From assembly GCA_963665115.1 (NCBI GenBank), contig OY762007.1, forward strand, positions 5,088,001 to 5,152,000: a DNA stretch of 64,000 nucleotides, in the 5' to 3' direction. A program made the position numbers and the translations under genes. Each line of letters starts with the position of its first letter. Within the stretch, counting starts at the first letter, position 1. Below, in pieces: positions 40,961 to 51,637 of this stretch. The notes below the pieces were generated by a model. It saw nothing but the letters and a program-made list of their open reading frames with translations. It was not told the DNA's origin and did not search any database. This stretch comes from an uncultured Rivularia sp. Lineage in GTDB: Bacteria; Cyanobacteriota; Cyanobacteriia; Cyanobacteriales; Nostocaceae.

Positions 40961-41969
40961 TTAAGATCGAGAGTCGCTTCTCTCAATCACTTCAAAGTTG
41001 CCCATGCAGCCATGTTCGGCAGTTATATCTTGATGGGGATGGAACATATATTTACCAGGATATTTATATGAAAATTCCAAAATATGTCGTTCGGCAGTTC
41101 CCATCGTAATTACGTCGCTTTCATAACTAGGTTTTAAAGTCATTCCCGTGGGATAAACCTTAAAGAAATTGGCATGAATGTGAAATGTTGCTGCTTCATC
41201 AAATTCAATCATGTTCAGCACATACAGTCTTACCAACTGATTCTGATAAATTCTGATCGGATGATCTAAATAATATTCAGGTATGCCGTTGAAAGCATAA
41301 AATTCGTTCTTATCGTCACCATTGGTGTCATATCCAGCCATAATCAACACCATTTCATCTGCTGGGGGACGAGGTGATGGTGGATCTACGATAAACATTC
41401 CGTACAAACCTTTAGCAATGTGACGGGTAACTGGCTCTATATGACAGTGGTAAAGGTGAACTCCGTAAGGTTCTGCGTTAAATTCGTAAACTGTCTGCTT
41501 GCCATTCGTTACTGGACGAACTCCATCTGATGAAGCTGGATGCGTACCGTGAAAATGCATTGAATGCGAATGTCCGCCTCTGTTAAGGAAGATAATCCGA
41601 ACGCGATCGCCAACTTTTGCTCTAAGTGTAGGGGCCGGGTACTTGTCCGTTAAAAGTCCAAACATTGTAAGAAACGGCGCTATTTAAATCTATTGTCTCA
41701 TTAGTAGCAGTTATGCGAAATTCTCTGATTTCACGTCCGTTTTCTTGCTTAATTGTGCCGTAGTCAAAATTTCTTAGTACCTTCATCGGGTTATTTCCGT
41801 CAGAAGGCACATCACTATCAATTGGTGGTATTTTGATTTGCGATTTGCTTCGATTAAGTGAAAGCCAAAGTAATCCCGCACTCGATGCACCAGCCCCTAC
41901 CAATCCCAGCTTCAGAAATTGACGACGACTCCAAAATTTATCTTTGTTCGGAGCAAGGTAATTGGGCAT
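40961..41969 (-). CDS. Tat-exported two-domain multicopper oxidase, frameshift at G4 run 41631-41634
   Basis: SRRQFLK Tat motif; HSMHFHG, YHCH, FHIH and FHPH copper motifs. Confidence 0.88.
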
Positions 41970-41997
41970 GATATTGCTATTACTAATCCAATTTAGT

Positions 41998-42012
41998 TGA
42001 TAATCATTTTCA
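41998..42012. promoter_or_regulatory. Fur box
   Basis: TGATAAT-C-ATTTTCA, a 13/14 match to the 7-1-7 TGATAAT-N-ATTATCA consensus, about 30 bp upstream of the oxidase ATG. Confidence 0.75.
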
Positions 42013-42288
42013 AATAATTTAAAAAAAGATTGTAGAGCAAATAAGATATATTGTCAATTGTAGAGCAGTGTTTGACTTGTAATCAGACTCAATCGGCTTT
42101 TAGCTTTAAGAGATTTTTGTAAGCAATAATTTGGGCAAAAACCGTAATTTAAATAAGTTGTTAGTTGTTTAAAATACTATGGCTCTTATCTTTCACTTAA
42201 TTAAAACCGCCATCCAATGATATAAATTAGATCTATTTGGGAATACTTACTCCAAGACAGTTTATCTACAGACATTGGATAAGTAATT

Positions 42289-43209
42289 ATGAACAAATTA
42301 GTCAAAAATATTTTGCCCGAACAAATAAAGTCACCGATTAGGTCGTCTCGTCTGTATCAAAAAGTACATAACACGATTCATGCTAGTAAATTAGCTATTT
42401 CAGGTAAAAGACTAGATATTTGTGCCAATGAAGTTGCACTCTATATGCTATATGCTGGTAAAGAAAAATATGTATTGCGAGATAAAGTTTGTATTGAAGT
42501 TGGCAGTGGTTGGTTACTAACTCATACGTTGGTATTTTACCTTCTGGGTGCAAAAAAGATTTATACAACAGATATTGAACCATTATTGCAGAGCCAATAT
42601 ATTCTCAAAGCGATATCTCAATCTGTATCTTGGAGCATATTAGATAGCTTATCTAATTTTGAAGATCGGGATTTAATTCAATCACGTTTGGATAAATTGC
42701 TTTCGGTTAAAAGGTTTTCAGTAGAAGTATTAAGAGATTTTGGCATAGAATATATTGCTCCTGTTGATTTATCACAGAAGTTACCGATTGAAGAAAAGTT
42801 AGATTTTATATTTTCAAAATCTGTATTAGAGCATATACCAGTAGAGGATGTTACGCCCCTATTAGAAAATCTTGCCAGTGGACTTTCGGAAGATGGTTTT
42901 ATGTTTCACCTGATCCATTTAGTGGATCATAAAGATTTAGAAAATAAGCCATTTGATTTCTTAATTTATTCACAGGAAGCTTATCCAAGAGAGTTACAAA
43001 CAAGATGGGGAAATAGAATTCGCCGGAGTCAATGGCAAGAGATATTTTCTCATATTAAAAGCTTAGATTTCAAATTTGTATTTGAGTGGTCTTGCAAGGA
43101 AAAAGCATTACCAACTGAAATTAATCCCTGTATTCAATATATAGATGAAGAAGATTTAAGAATATCTCATATCGGTGTTTATCTAAAACGCAAATCACCT
43201 ATTAGATAA
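42289..43209 (+). CDS. Class I SAM-dependent methyltransferase-like protein
   Basis: CIEVGSGW motif I; DFIFSKSVLEHI; IHLVDH. Confidence 0.65.
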   Translation: MNKLVKNILPEQIKSPIRSSRLYQKVHNTIHASKLAISGKRLDICANEVALYMLYAGKEKYVLRDKVCIEVGSGWLLTHTLVFYLLGAKKIYTTDIEPLLQSQYILKAISQSVSWSILDSLSNFEDRDLIQSRLDKLLSVKRFSVEVLRDFGIEYIAPVDLSQKLPIEEKLDFIFSKSVLEHIPVEDVTPLLENLASGLSEDGFMFHLIHLVDHKDLENKPFDFLIYSQEAYPRELQTRWGNRIRRSQWQEIFSHIKSLDFKFVFEWSCKEKALPTEINPCIQYIDEEDLRISHIGVYLKRKSPIR

Positions 43210-43663
43210 TTTATTTAGACTCTTGATAATATCCATGAGCCAATATTTACAAATATTCAAGAGTCACTCTTATCCTTGTATATTCTGGCTCAACCAAAAT
43301 TAAGGGTTGTGAAATTTGCACAGATGAAAATGAGAAACTACTCGGTTTTTATTTTTGCTTGCCAAAAAAATAAAGAGACAAATCATCTAAATAATAAAGT
43401 CAATCGGAACCTAAAGAATAATCACATATCTAATAATCCATCATAAATTACTTATAGTATCTGTATTTTATTTTACTTTTATATCTATTTAAGCCATATA
43501 TTATCAGCTTTTCCACTTGTTTAATTAATCTTTAAAGGCAAAAACAAAAATAACTATCTATCAGAATAATTAGCAAAGGACAATTAGTTTACAATTTGCA
43601 AAAAAAGTATATTTTCAGATATTAAATTGATATAAAAACATACGTAATAGCTACAAAAAATGC

Positions 43664-43674
43664 CCCCGTAGGGG
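43664..43674. promoter_or_regulatory. Possible CsoR/RcnR (InrS-type) operator
   Basis: CCCC-GTA-GGGG in AT-rich DNA about 90 bp upstream of the ECF operon. Confidence 0.4.
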
Positions 43675-43765
43675 ATTGTATTAGAGATGAAAATTCTGTT
43701 TGATATTAATAATCTGCGTATTTTATTTGCGTAATTTCTAGTACTAAGTAATAGTTCTCTTCAAT

Positions 43766-44692
43766 ATGCATATTCCTGATGGGTTTGTTTCCGTACCTGT
43801 AGCTGCGGCTACTACCATAGCGAGTGTGGCTGGGCTGGGTATAGCTTTAGGTCGTTCAAAAGATGCTTTTGGTGTTCGTCGCGCTCCAGTTTTAGGTTTA
43901 ACCACAGCCTTTATTTTTGCCGCACAAATGATTAATTTCCCTGTAGCGGGTGGAACTAGCGGGCACTTATTAGGAGGAGCTTTAGCAGCAATAGTATTAG
44001 GCAGTCCTTGGGCGGGTGCTTTATGCATCGCTACTGTATTAATTATTCAAGCGGTATTGTTCGCTGACGGTGGCATTACAGCCTTGGGAGCGAATATTTT
44101 TAACATGGCATTCATTGGAGTTTGGGTAGGTTATGCTCTAACTCAAACCGTGCATCGATTGCTCGGAGGTTTAAAAAGCCGTTTACCTTTAGCTGCTGGG
44201 ATTGCGGCTGCTGTGAGCGTAGTAGTTGCGGCAATTGCAGCTGCGATTGAATTAGCAATTTCCGGTACTGCAAATTTAGCGGTAGTTTTACCGGCTATGG
44301 CAGGAGTTCATATTTTGATTGGTGTCGGCGAAGGTTTAATTACCGGGGGAGTGTTGACTTATTTAATCAAAGCAAGACCAGATTTGTTACCGGGTAACGA
44401 TGAAGAGCAGATTCGCAGTTGGGTTGTTCCGGTGGTAAGTATTCTTTTGATTGCTGGATTGTTGTCGTTGTTTGCTTCAGCTTGGCCAGATGGTTTGGAA
44501 AAAGTTGCTGAGGATACAGGCTTTATTGATCTAGCCGAGCAAGTAAGAATTGCGGTACCAACTCCTTTTGCAGACTATACATTTAATCAAAATGAGGGTA
44601 TTGGTACAAGCATCGCAGGGATTATTGGAAGCATAGCTTGCTTCGGCGTTGCGTGGGGAATTGCACAAGTAGTGAAACCAAAGAATGCATAA
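43766..44692 (+). CDS. cbiM: ECF Ni/Co transporter substrate component (CbiM/NikM) fused to a PDGLE domain
   Basis: MHIPDG N-terminus; GTSGH, ADGGITALGAN and PDGLE motifs. Confidence 0.9.
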   Translation: MHIPDGFVSVPVAAATTIASVAGLGIALGRSKDAFGVRRAPVLGLTTAFIFAAQMINFPVAGGTSGHLLGGALAAIVLGSPWAGALCIATVLIIQAVLFADGGITALGANIFNMAFIGVWVGYALTQTVHRLLGGLKSRLPLAAGIAAAVSVVVAAIAAAIELAISGTANLAVVLPAMAGVHILIGVGEGLITGGVLTYLIKARPDLLPGNDEEQIRSWVVPVVSILLIAGLLSLFASAWPDGLEKVAEDTGFIDLAEQVRIAVPTPFADYTFNQNEGIGTSIAGIIGSIACFGVAWGIAQVVKPKNA

Positions 44693-45347
44693 ACTTCCTC
44701 TAACTTTACGATTGCAGCTGTCTTTAATAATTGTAATTGGAGCAGCTTTTCTAAAATTGAATGCTTGGTATTGCCTGGGTGCTTATGGAATAATAGCGCT
44801 TTGTTGGGCTGTTTCATTGCGCGTACCAGTTCGCAAACTTACAGGTTTATTAGGTTTAGAACTGGTCTTTTTATCGTTTCTAGCTTTGCCTTTAGGTTGG
44901 GAACGAGCTAGTTTTTTGTTGGTTCGTTCTCTGGTGTGTTTGCTAACGATGAATAGTTTTTTGTTGACTTTACCACCTCATAGTTTTGGTATTGCTCTCA
45001 AAGGTTTACCTCTTCCGATGGCTTTCAAAGAAACCTTGCTATTAGCCGGACAATACTTAGAAATTTTACTTGGAGAAGTAACTCAAATGCAGCGAAGTGC
45101 AAAACTTCGCGGTTTGAATGGTACAACTGGGTGGGTTCGTTACGCTAATGCTGCGATGATTGGGGCTTTATATCTCCGCAGTTTAGATCGTGCCGAGCGA
45201 GTTTACGCTGCAATGATAGCTCGCGGTTACAACGGAATGCTACCCGTTGATTCGACGCTGAGAATGAAAGAGCGTTTTGCTTTGGTAGCGATGGGTGTTT
45301 TAGCTTTTAGTTTGACGGTTGCTTCTTACCAGTTAACCTTCAAATAA
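44685..45347 (+). CDS. cbiQ: ECF transporter transmembrane component
   Basis: AKLRG and RAERVYAAMIARG motifs; overlaps cbiM. Confidence 0.88.
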   Translation: MHKLPLTLRLQLSLIIVIGAAFLKLNAWYCLGAYGIIALCWAVSLRVPVRKLTGLLGLELVFLSFLALPLGWERASFLLVRSLVCLLTMNSFLLTLPPHSFGIALKGLPLPMAFKETLLLAGQYLEILLGEVTQMQRSAKLRGLNGTTGWVRYANAAMIGALYLRSLDRAERVYAAMIARGYNGMLPVDSTLRMKERFALVAMGVLAFSLTVASYQLTFK

Positions 45348-45462
45348 TAGTTTAAACCTTGGCGAAATTTATTCGTTATAGACGTTGCATTGCAACGTCT
45401 TTCAATATATAAAAATCTAATGCAATATTTGTTCACTTATCTTTCAACGCTAAAAATAAACG

Positions 45463-46185
45463 ATGCAAAACACAACTGTTGCAGTTCAAAATATTGCTTA
45501 TTCTTATTCCAACCAAGAACCAGTATTGCATGATATTTCTTTTAGATTAAATGCCGGAGAAAGAGTTGCTTTAATGGGACCAACAGGTTCTGGCAAAAGC
45601 ACTTTATTAGAGAATTTAATTGGTTTAAAACAACCATCAGAAGGCAAAATTTTCATTAACGACATTCAATTAGAACCGAAAACTTTATCAGAAGTACGCC
45701 GTTATATTGGATTTGCTTTTCAAGATGCCAACGACCAATTATTTATGCCCACAATATTAGAAGATGTGGCTTTTGGTCCTCTTAACTACGGCGTACCAGT
45801 ACCAGAAGCAATGGATATAGCCCGACAATTGTTAATGGACTTTGGCTTAGAAGCATACGCCAAGCGTTCCGCACACGAACTTTCCGGTGGACAAAGAAGA
45901 CTTGCAGCAATAGCCGCGATTTTAGCTTTAAACCCTGATATATTGATTTTGGATGAGCCAACAAATGGACTAGATCCTGCATGGCGGCGTAATTTAGCCC
46001 AAGTATTGTTAAATTTACCAGTTAAAGTAATATTAGTTGCTTCTCATGACCTAAATTGGTTAAGTAAAGTTACCGAACGCGCTTTGGTACTTTCAGGAGG
46101 TCGCATACACGTAGATAGCGACATTCATACACTTTTAAAAGATAATGAAACCTTAGAAAATTTGGGTTTACCAGTAGGTTGGTGA
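45463..46185 (+). CDS. cbiO: ECF transporter ATPase
   Basis: GPTGSGKST, LSGGQ and LDEPT motifs. Confidence 0.9.
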   Translation: MQNTTVAVQNIAYSYSNQEPVLHDISFRLNAGERVALMGPTGSGKSTLLENLIGLKQPSEGKIFINDIQLEPKTLSEVRRYIGFAFQDANDQLFMPTILEDVAFGPLNYGVPVPEAMDIARQLLMDFGLEAYAKRSAHELSGGQRRLAAIAAILALNPDILILDEPTNGLDPAWRRNLAQVLLNLPVKVILVASHDLNWLSKVTERALVLSGGRIHVDSDIHTLLKDNETLENLGLPVGW

Positions 46186-46242
46186 TAATCTTTAACAAGG
46201 CAAAAAATTATTAGCATAAAATACCATCGGAGAAAATTTTGG

Positions 46243-46560
46243 ATGCATAAATTTGAAGATATTGAAATTGACTTTAAGACTGTTGATTTTGCTTCTCTTG
46301 ATACGGATGAAGATTTTCGCTCGGAAGCGCAGCGATTGTTACCCAAAGCATTAGTTCAAGTTGGGGAAGCAATGGCAGAAAAGACTTGGGATGAATTACA
46401 GAAAGAAATGCAAAAGTCGGGAATGAAAGCTAGTGCTTCTCAGAGTGCTAAACGCAAATTTGTTCAAGAAACTAAAAGAACCTATCAGCGGAATGCTAGC
46501 AGTAGAGATAAGCGAGAACTTGAAGATTATATAGTAGAGCAGCTTCGTGAATATAAATAA
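46243..46560 (+). CDS. Hypothetical protein
   Basis: 105-aa charged helical ORF with GGAG upstream. Confidence 0.6.
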   Translation: MHKFEDIEIDFKTVDFASLDTDEDFRSEAQRLLPKALVQVGEAMAEKTWDELQKEMQKSGMKASASQSAKRKFVQETKRTYQRNASSRDKRELEDYIVEQLREYK

Positions 46561-46718
46561 TTAAATATTTTTAAGTTTTAATTTAGTTGATACAAGTATG
46601 GAGGCATCATGTTAGATGCCCCTATTATTATTCAATATATTTTTTATTAAAAATTATCTACATACAATTCAAATGTTTCAAGTCAGATAATCACTTCATC
46701 TGCACAATTAATTTTAAG

Positions 46719-47111
46719 ATGCAGCAATTCATCAGTCGAATTGACCACTTAGTTCTAACTGTTCGCAACATTGAAGCTACCTGCAATTTTTATCATCAAG
46801 TTTTAGGTATGCAAATAATTACCTTCGCTGACAACCGTAAAGCGTTGCAATTTGGACAACAAAAAATTAATTTGCACCAAACAGGAAAAGAATTTGAACC
46901 AAAAGCAATTTATCCTACACCAGGTTCTGCGGATATTTGTTTTATCGGCGATCGCCCACTTGTTCAAATGAAAAATCACATAATTTCTTGTGGTGTAGAT
47001 ATCGTAGCAGGCCCGATAATTAGAACGGGAGCCACCGGAATAATAGAATCCATCTATATACGCGACTTAGACGGAAATTTGATTGAAATAGCAAATTATC
47101 GGAACACTTAA
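46719..47111 (+). CDS. VOC (glyoxalase-like) family protein
   Basis: IDHLVLTV, QKINLH, PGSADICF and RDLDGNLIEI motifs. Confidence 0.9.
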   Translation: MQQFISRIDHLVLTVRNIEATCNFYHQVLGMQIITFADNRKALQFGQQKINLHQTGKEFEPKAIYPTPGSADICFIGDRPLVQMKNHIISCGVDIVAGPIIRTGATGIIESIYIRDLDGNLIEIANYRNT

Positions 47112-47168
47112 CAAAAATGCAGAATCATCGGATACTATGATTTCGGTACTGCTATAAGTAGACTGTAT

Positions 47169-47649
47169 ATGTTTAATTCTAATAAATTAATGGTAATTGC
47201 TTCTCTTAACCTCAGCATAGCTTTGCTAATTACAGGCTGTGATGAAAGCAAGCAAGCTCAGTGTCAGCGACTTATTAAAGTTGTTAATGAAGGAACTTCT
47301 CTAATTGAAAAAAATAAAGGCTCCCAAGTTACATTAAGTTTGGGGTTAGCCAAGGATTTTGAAGATGTTACCAAAAAAATAGAAAGACAAAATTTTAAAG
47401 ATCCAAAAATCGAAGACTTCAAAAACCAATATGTCAAGCATTTTGAAACTTTCAGCAAAAATATAGACACCGCAGCCAAAGCCCTCGGTTCATCCAAAAC
47501 AGCCGAAGTCTCGTCAGCCGGTAGAGAAACAAGTCCGAAAAGCCAAAAAAGATATTGAAACTTCTCTCAACCTAGTATCAAATGCTGCGAAAGAATCTGA
47601 TACTTTAGCAAATGATGTCAATGAGTATTGCGCTCAAGTGGAAGAATAA
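47169..47649 (+). CDS. Hypothetical lipoprotein, frameshift near 47528
   Basis: ITGC lipobox; shifted frame continues QVRKAKKDIE...VNEYCAQVEE to TAA at 47649. Confidence 0.65.
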
Positions 47650-47825
47650 GGAATTGGGAATTGGGCATGGGGCATTGGGCATGGAGGGAATTCGGTAAAG
47701 AATTTTAATCCAAAATCTCCTAACTCCTAATTCCCTTCAGTATTATCACTTAATAATGTATTTTTTATAACTGTTTGTTGCTAAATATTCCTGAAGCTAA
47801 CCTATTGTTTCTGTGAAAGGAAATA

Positions 47826-50010
47826 TTGGTGTTAGTAAAGCGAGATACAATGCGTGATATCAGTCTGCTGATGGCGAGCGTTTTGACAACGGGACAAACG
47901 AATGTACCTGAGTTGCCGCAAGAACTGCCAGAACCACTAGAAAATACACAGCAACAATTAAGGCAGGATCGAGACATCGAAGTCGCTCCATCGACTGAAA
48001 TCACGCCACCTGAGTTTGTAGAGTCCGAGAAGAATTTAGAACTTACCAAAGAAGAATGTGACTATAGCGGTTGCGATGTAAGCAAGCAATCTCAAACGTC
48101 TGGGAATTCATCACAAGAGCGTGAGCCTTCAGATTTTTTACAGTTCCCTCAAACAGTAATTACACTAGAAGGAAAAAAAAATAAGCATCAAAACATACTT
48201 AAAAATAGTAGAAATAAGATTCAGTTTAAAGATTCTTTTTCTCTAACTCAGGAAACTGAGGAAAAACAGGTCAAAATAAAACAAGAAGAGATTTCACCGT
48301 CTTCAGCTTTAATAAATTCGGAAGCATCTCAAAGTAGTGTTCGCATCTTGCTCCCTAATAAACCTATACTGCTGCAAAAGAAATTAGATAAGCAAGAAAA
48401 TATCCCAAAGTTAACTCAAAAGTTCGAGCCAGAATTTAATACAGATGCTGAAGAACTACAAAATCAAAATACTCTGTTTAATTCTGAACCTATAGAATCC
48501 AAAAATCCGATGTCACAAGTTACATCGGTATCGGAACTTGATGATGTAAATCCAACAGATTGGGCTTTTGACGCTTTACAGTCTCTAGCAAATCGTCATA
48601 ATTGCGCTCTTGGATACCAAGACGGTACTTTTCGAGGTAATAAGGCGATCGATCGTTATCAATTTGCGACTGGAATAGATGCTTGCTTGCAAAAAATTAA
48701 CGAGTTAATTGCTAGAAAGGGAGCGAATGTAGTTGATGAACAAGATTTAATTATTTTGCAACGCTTGCAAAACGAGTTTCGAGCAGAATTGAACCAGTTA
48801 CAAGAAAGAATTATTTCTTTAGAAGAAAGAAACTGGTGAATTACAAGCAAATCAATTTTCCCCCACAACTCGGTTTTTTGGACAAGCTACTACTAGTTTG
48901 CAAGGAACTAATACAAACGAAGTAGATTTATTCCCTAGAGATGGAGTACCCGAGCGCACAGCAGAAACAAATATGACTTTGACTAACAGTATGCAAATTA
49001 CGTTAGCAACTTCATTTACAGGAAGAGATTTACTGTTAACTGGTTTGTATGCAGGAAATTTGGGTTCTTCTGCATCGTCTTTGTTCACTAATATGGGACG
49101 TTTGAGTTTTGAGTCGGATACAGACAACGATGTATTTATCAATGATTTGTCTTATCGCTTCCCTATCTCCAATAACTTAGGAGTTGTAGTTGGTACTGCG
49201 GGTGTCAATCCTAGCAGTACATTTCGCGGAATCAACCCCTTAGAAGGTTCTGGAGAAGGGGCAATTTCTGCCTTTGCTCAACGCAATCCAATTTTAGGAG
49301 TTGGTAGCGGTACGGGTGGTATCGGTTTTGATTGGCAAATTAATAACCGCATGAGTCTGCAAGGAGTTTATAGCTCTCAATTTCCTAACTTCCCAACAGA
49401 TAAAAACGTTGGTGGATTTTTCGGTGGCAGACAAACTTTAGGAACTCAATTGACAGTAACACCAGTTAATGATGTTAACGTTGGCTTGCACTATCTTTAT
49501 TCCCGCTCTCCCGATGGTTTGTTAGCAACTGGTGTCGGTGATGCTCAGTTAACGTCTCCTTTTGCACCGACTACAGGCTTTGATACTCAAGCTGTTGGTG
49601 CTACGGTGGCTTATCGTATTAATCCCAATTTAGAAATAGGGGGTTGGGGAGGCTGGACTTTCTCTAATCCAGAAGATATTGAAGGTAGCGTCACAACTAA
49701 TAACTGGGCAGTATTTGCAGCTTTTCCCAACTTGGGACGACGCGGTAATTCAGGAGGAATTATTGTTGGACAGCCACCAAAAATTACCTCTAGTAGCTTA
49801 CCCGACGGATTCAACTTTCCTAACTTTTCCGACAACGGAACACCTGGTGGACGCGATGGTACATCTTTGCACGTTGAAATGTTTTATCGCGCTAAATTAA
49901 ATCAAAACTTAGATATAACCCCTGGCTTTTTCGTTGTCTTTAACCCCGATCACAATCAGAGTAATCATCCTTTGATAGTAGGAGCGTTAAGAGCCACGTT
50001 CCGGTTTTAA
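47826..50010 (+). CDS. SLH-domain / OprB-type cyanobacterial outer-membrane porin, frameshift near 48830
   Basis: MSQVTSVSELDDVNPTDWAFDALQSL SLH domain; TSFTGRDLL; terminal LRATFRF; frames join if one A is removed. Confidence 0.88.
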
Positions 50011-50138
50011 TTTGATGTTGGTGTAAATGTAATCAATAGCGTTAGTTGTATTCACGTGCAACTATTTTTACGCGCTGTTTTCATACGGCGTGTTAAATAG
50101 CAGCGTTATAAGTCTGAATTTAAAAAAACAATTTTAAT

Positions 50139-51353
50139 ATGCAACAACAAAATTACGGTAAATCAGCTTGTACAGCTATTCTTAGCAGCGGTTTAGTCGC
50201 AACCATTATTGGTTTAACGACATCAACCGCTTTCGCTCAGCAAACTACAACTTCAAAAGTCACCGTTAGAACTACTGGTGCAATATCCGGAACTCTTGAA
50301 CTTCCTAGTTTTAATCCCAATTTTGGCGACCCAAGAAACCCTACTCGTGTAGATACGGATGCTACAGGTACTTATTATCGCAACGAAGGGACTAAAAATA
50401 ATCCTAATTTGGTGCCAGTTTACAAGTCACCATATGTAGTAACAGTCAACAAAGATGGCACTCTAAAATCTTACGTTGATTTTTTGGGTATTCCTGTTAC
50501 TTCCTTCGACGCGGTTATAACTTCTCCAGCACTCTCAGAAGGTGAAATGGGAACTATTAGTTATGGTCCGCTTAAAAATCCCAGAATTAAAGCGGTAGTT
50601 AAAGATGAATTTGGAGTCAAAAAATCTTCTTATACTGGCATTGTCACCGACCCCAAGACAGGAATCCAATATAAAGGTACTTTTGATGTTACCGGAGTCG
50701 GACCGCGATATAGCGATCGCAATGGTGGGGATAGTCCTACAGTTTTTGATTTCAAATCTGACATACCGGGTTCTCCAACAGTCAAATCCTTCAAACTCAA
50801 AGACAACTCTCCTTTAATAAAACTATACGTTAATGTACCAGTAGGTACAGAAATTCTGACTCCAACAACTCCTCCAACAACTCCTCCAACAACTCCCCCA
50901 ACAACTCCCCCCACAACTCCTCCAACAACTCCCCCAACAACTCCCCCCACAACTCCTCCAACAACTCCTCCAACAACTCCTCCAACAACTCCTCCAACAA
51001 CTCCCCCAACAACTCCTCCAACAACTCCCCCAACAACTCCTTCTACAACTCCCCCAACAACTCCTTCTACAAATCTTTCTCCTTCAAGTTCTCCAATAAC
51101 TTCTTCTCCTTCAACAAATCTTGCTCCTCCAAGTTCTTCTACCCCCTCTAGCCTCTCTACCACCTCTACCCTCTCTACTCCCTCTCCCGATATAACCAGC
51201 GTAGAATTCAGCAGCGGTAATTCATTCGTCTCCAATTCAGTTGTAGAAAATCCTTCAAACTTTAATAAAGCTGCTTGTTCGCAAAATGTATGTGATAGAA
51301 AAGTCTCTGTGGCCAAACAGCGAGGTCCTCGCAGTCGGATAATGATGCGTTAA
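50139..51353 (+). CDS. Secreted protein with a long (PTTP)n linker
   Basis: Signal peptide ending AFA-QQ; beta-rich domain; Pro/Thr repeat. Confidence 0.75.
   Translation: MQQQNYGKSACTAILSSGLVATIIGLTTSTAFAQQTTTSKVTVRTTGAISGTLELPSFNPNFGDPRNPTRVDTDATGTYYRNEGTKNNPNLVPVYKSPYVVTVNKDGTLKSYVDFLGIPVTSFDAVITSPALSEGEMGTISYGPLKNPRIKAVVKDEFGVKKSSYTGIVTDPKTGIQYKGTFDVTGVGPRYSDRNGGDSPTVFDFKSDIPGSPTVKSFKLKDNSPLIKLYVNVPVGTEILTPTTPPTTPPTTPPTTPPTTPPTTPPTTPPTTPPTTPPTTPPTTPPTTPPTTPPTTPPTTPSTTPPTTPSTNLSPSSSPITSSPSTNLAPPSSSTPSSLSTTSTLSTPSPDITSVEFSSGNSFVSNSVVENPSNFNKAACSQNVCDRKVSVAKQRGPRSRIMMR
50858..51070 (+). repeat. Coding 12-bp tandem repeat (ACTCCTCCAACA)
   Basis: About 17 units encoding TPPT. Confidence 0.9.
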
Positions 51354-51422
51354 GGGGTTGAATTAATTTCTGGAATACAATCAAAGTAAGATGAATTAAA
51401 TAACGCAGTTAACTAAAAGATA

Positions 51423-51535
51423 ACTAGTACCGCTGCGCGGAAGTAAAAAGTCAAAAGTAAGAAGTAAAAAGTATTATATGATAAGGCTTTCAAACTTTTT
51501 AAATGGGTGCTTTATTTACGCCGTACTGTACTAGT
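51423..51535. mobile_element. Small MITE-like element
   Basis: Ends ACTAGTAC...GTACTAGT with internal AAAAGT heptamers. Confidence 0.45.
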
Positions 51536-51637
51536 TAAAATTTTCATAAATAACTGGTAGCCAGTAATTTTTCACCACTGGCTACCAATTACTTGTATCA
51601 ATACACCCATAAATCCGTTTATCGCAAGGAAACAGCA

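Noticed and set aside
50630..51316. 228-aa VVGG-repeat ORF on the minus strand
   Set aside because: Antisense shadow of the TPPT coding repeat
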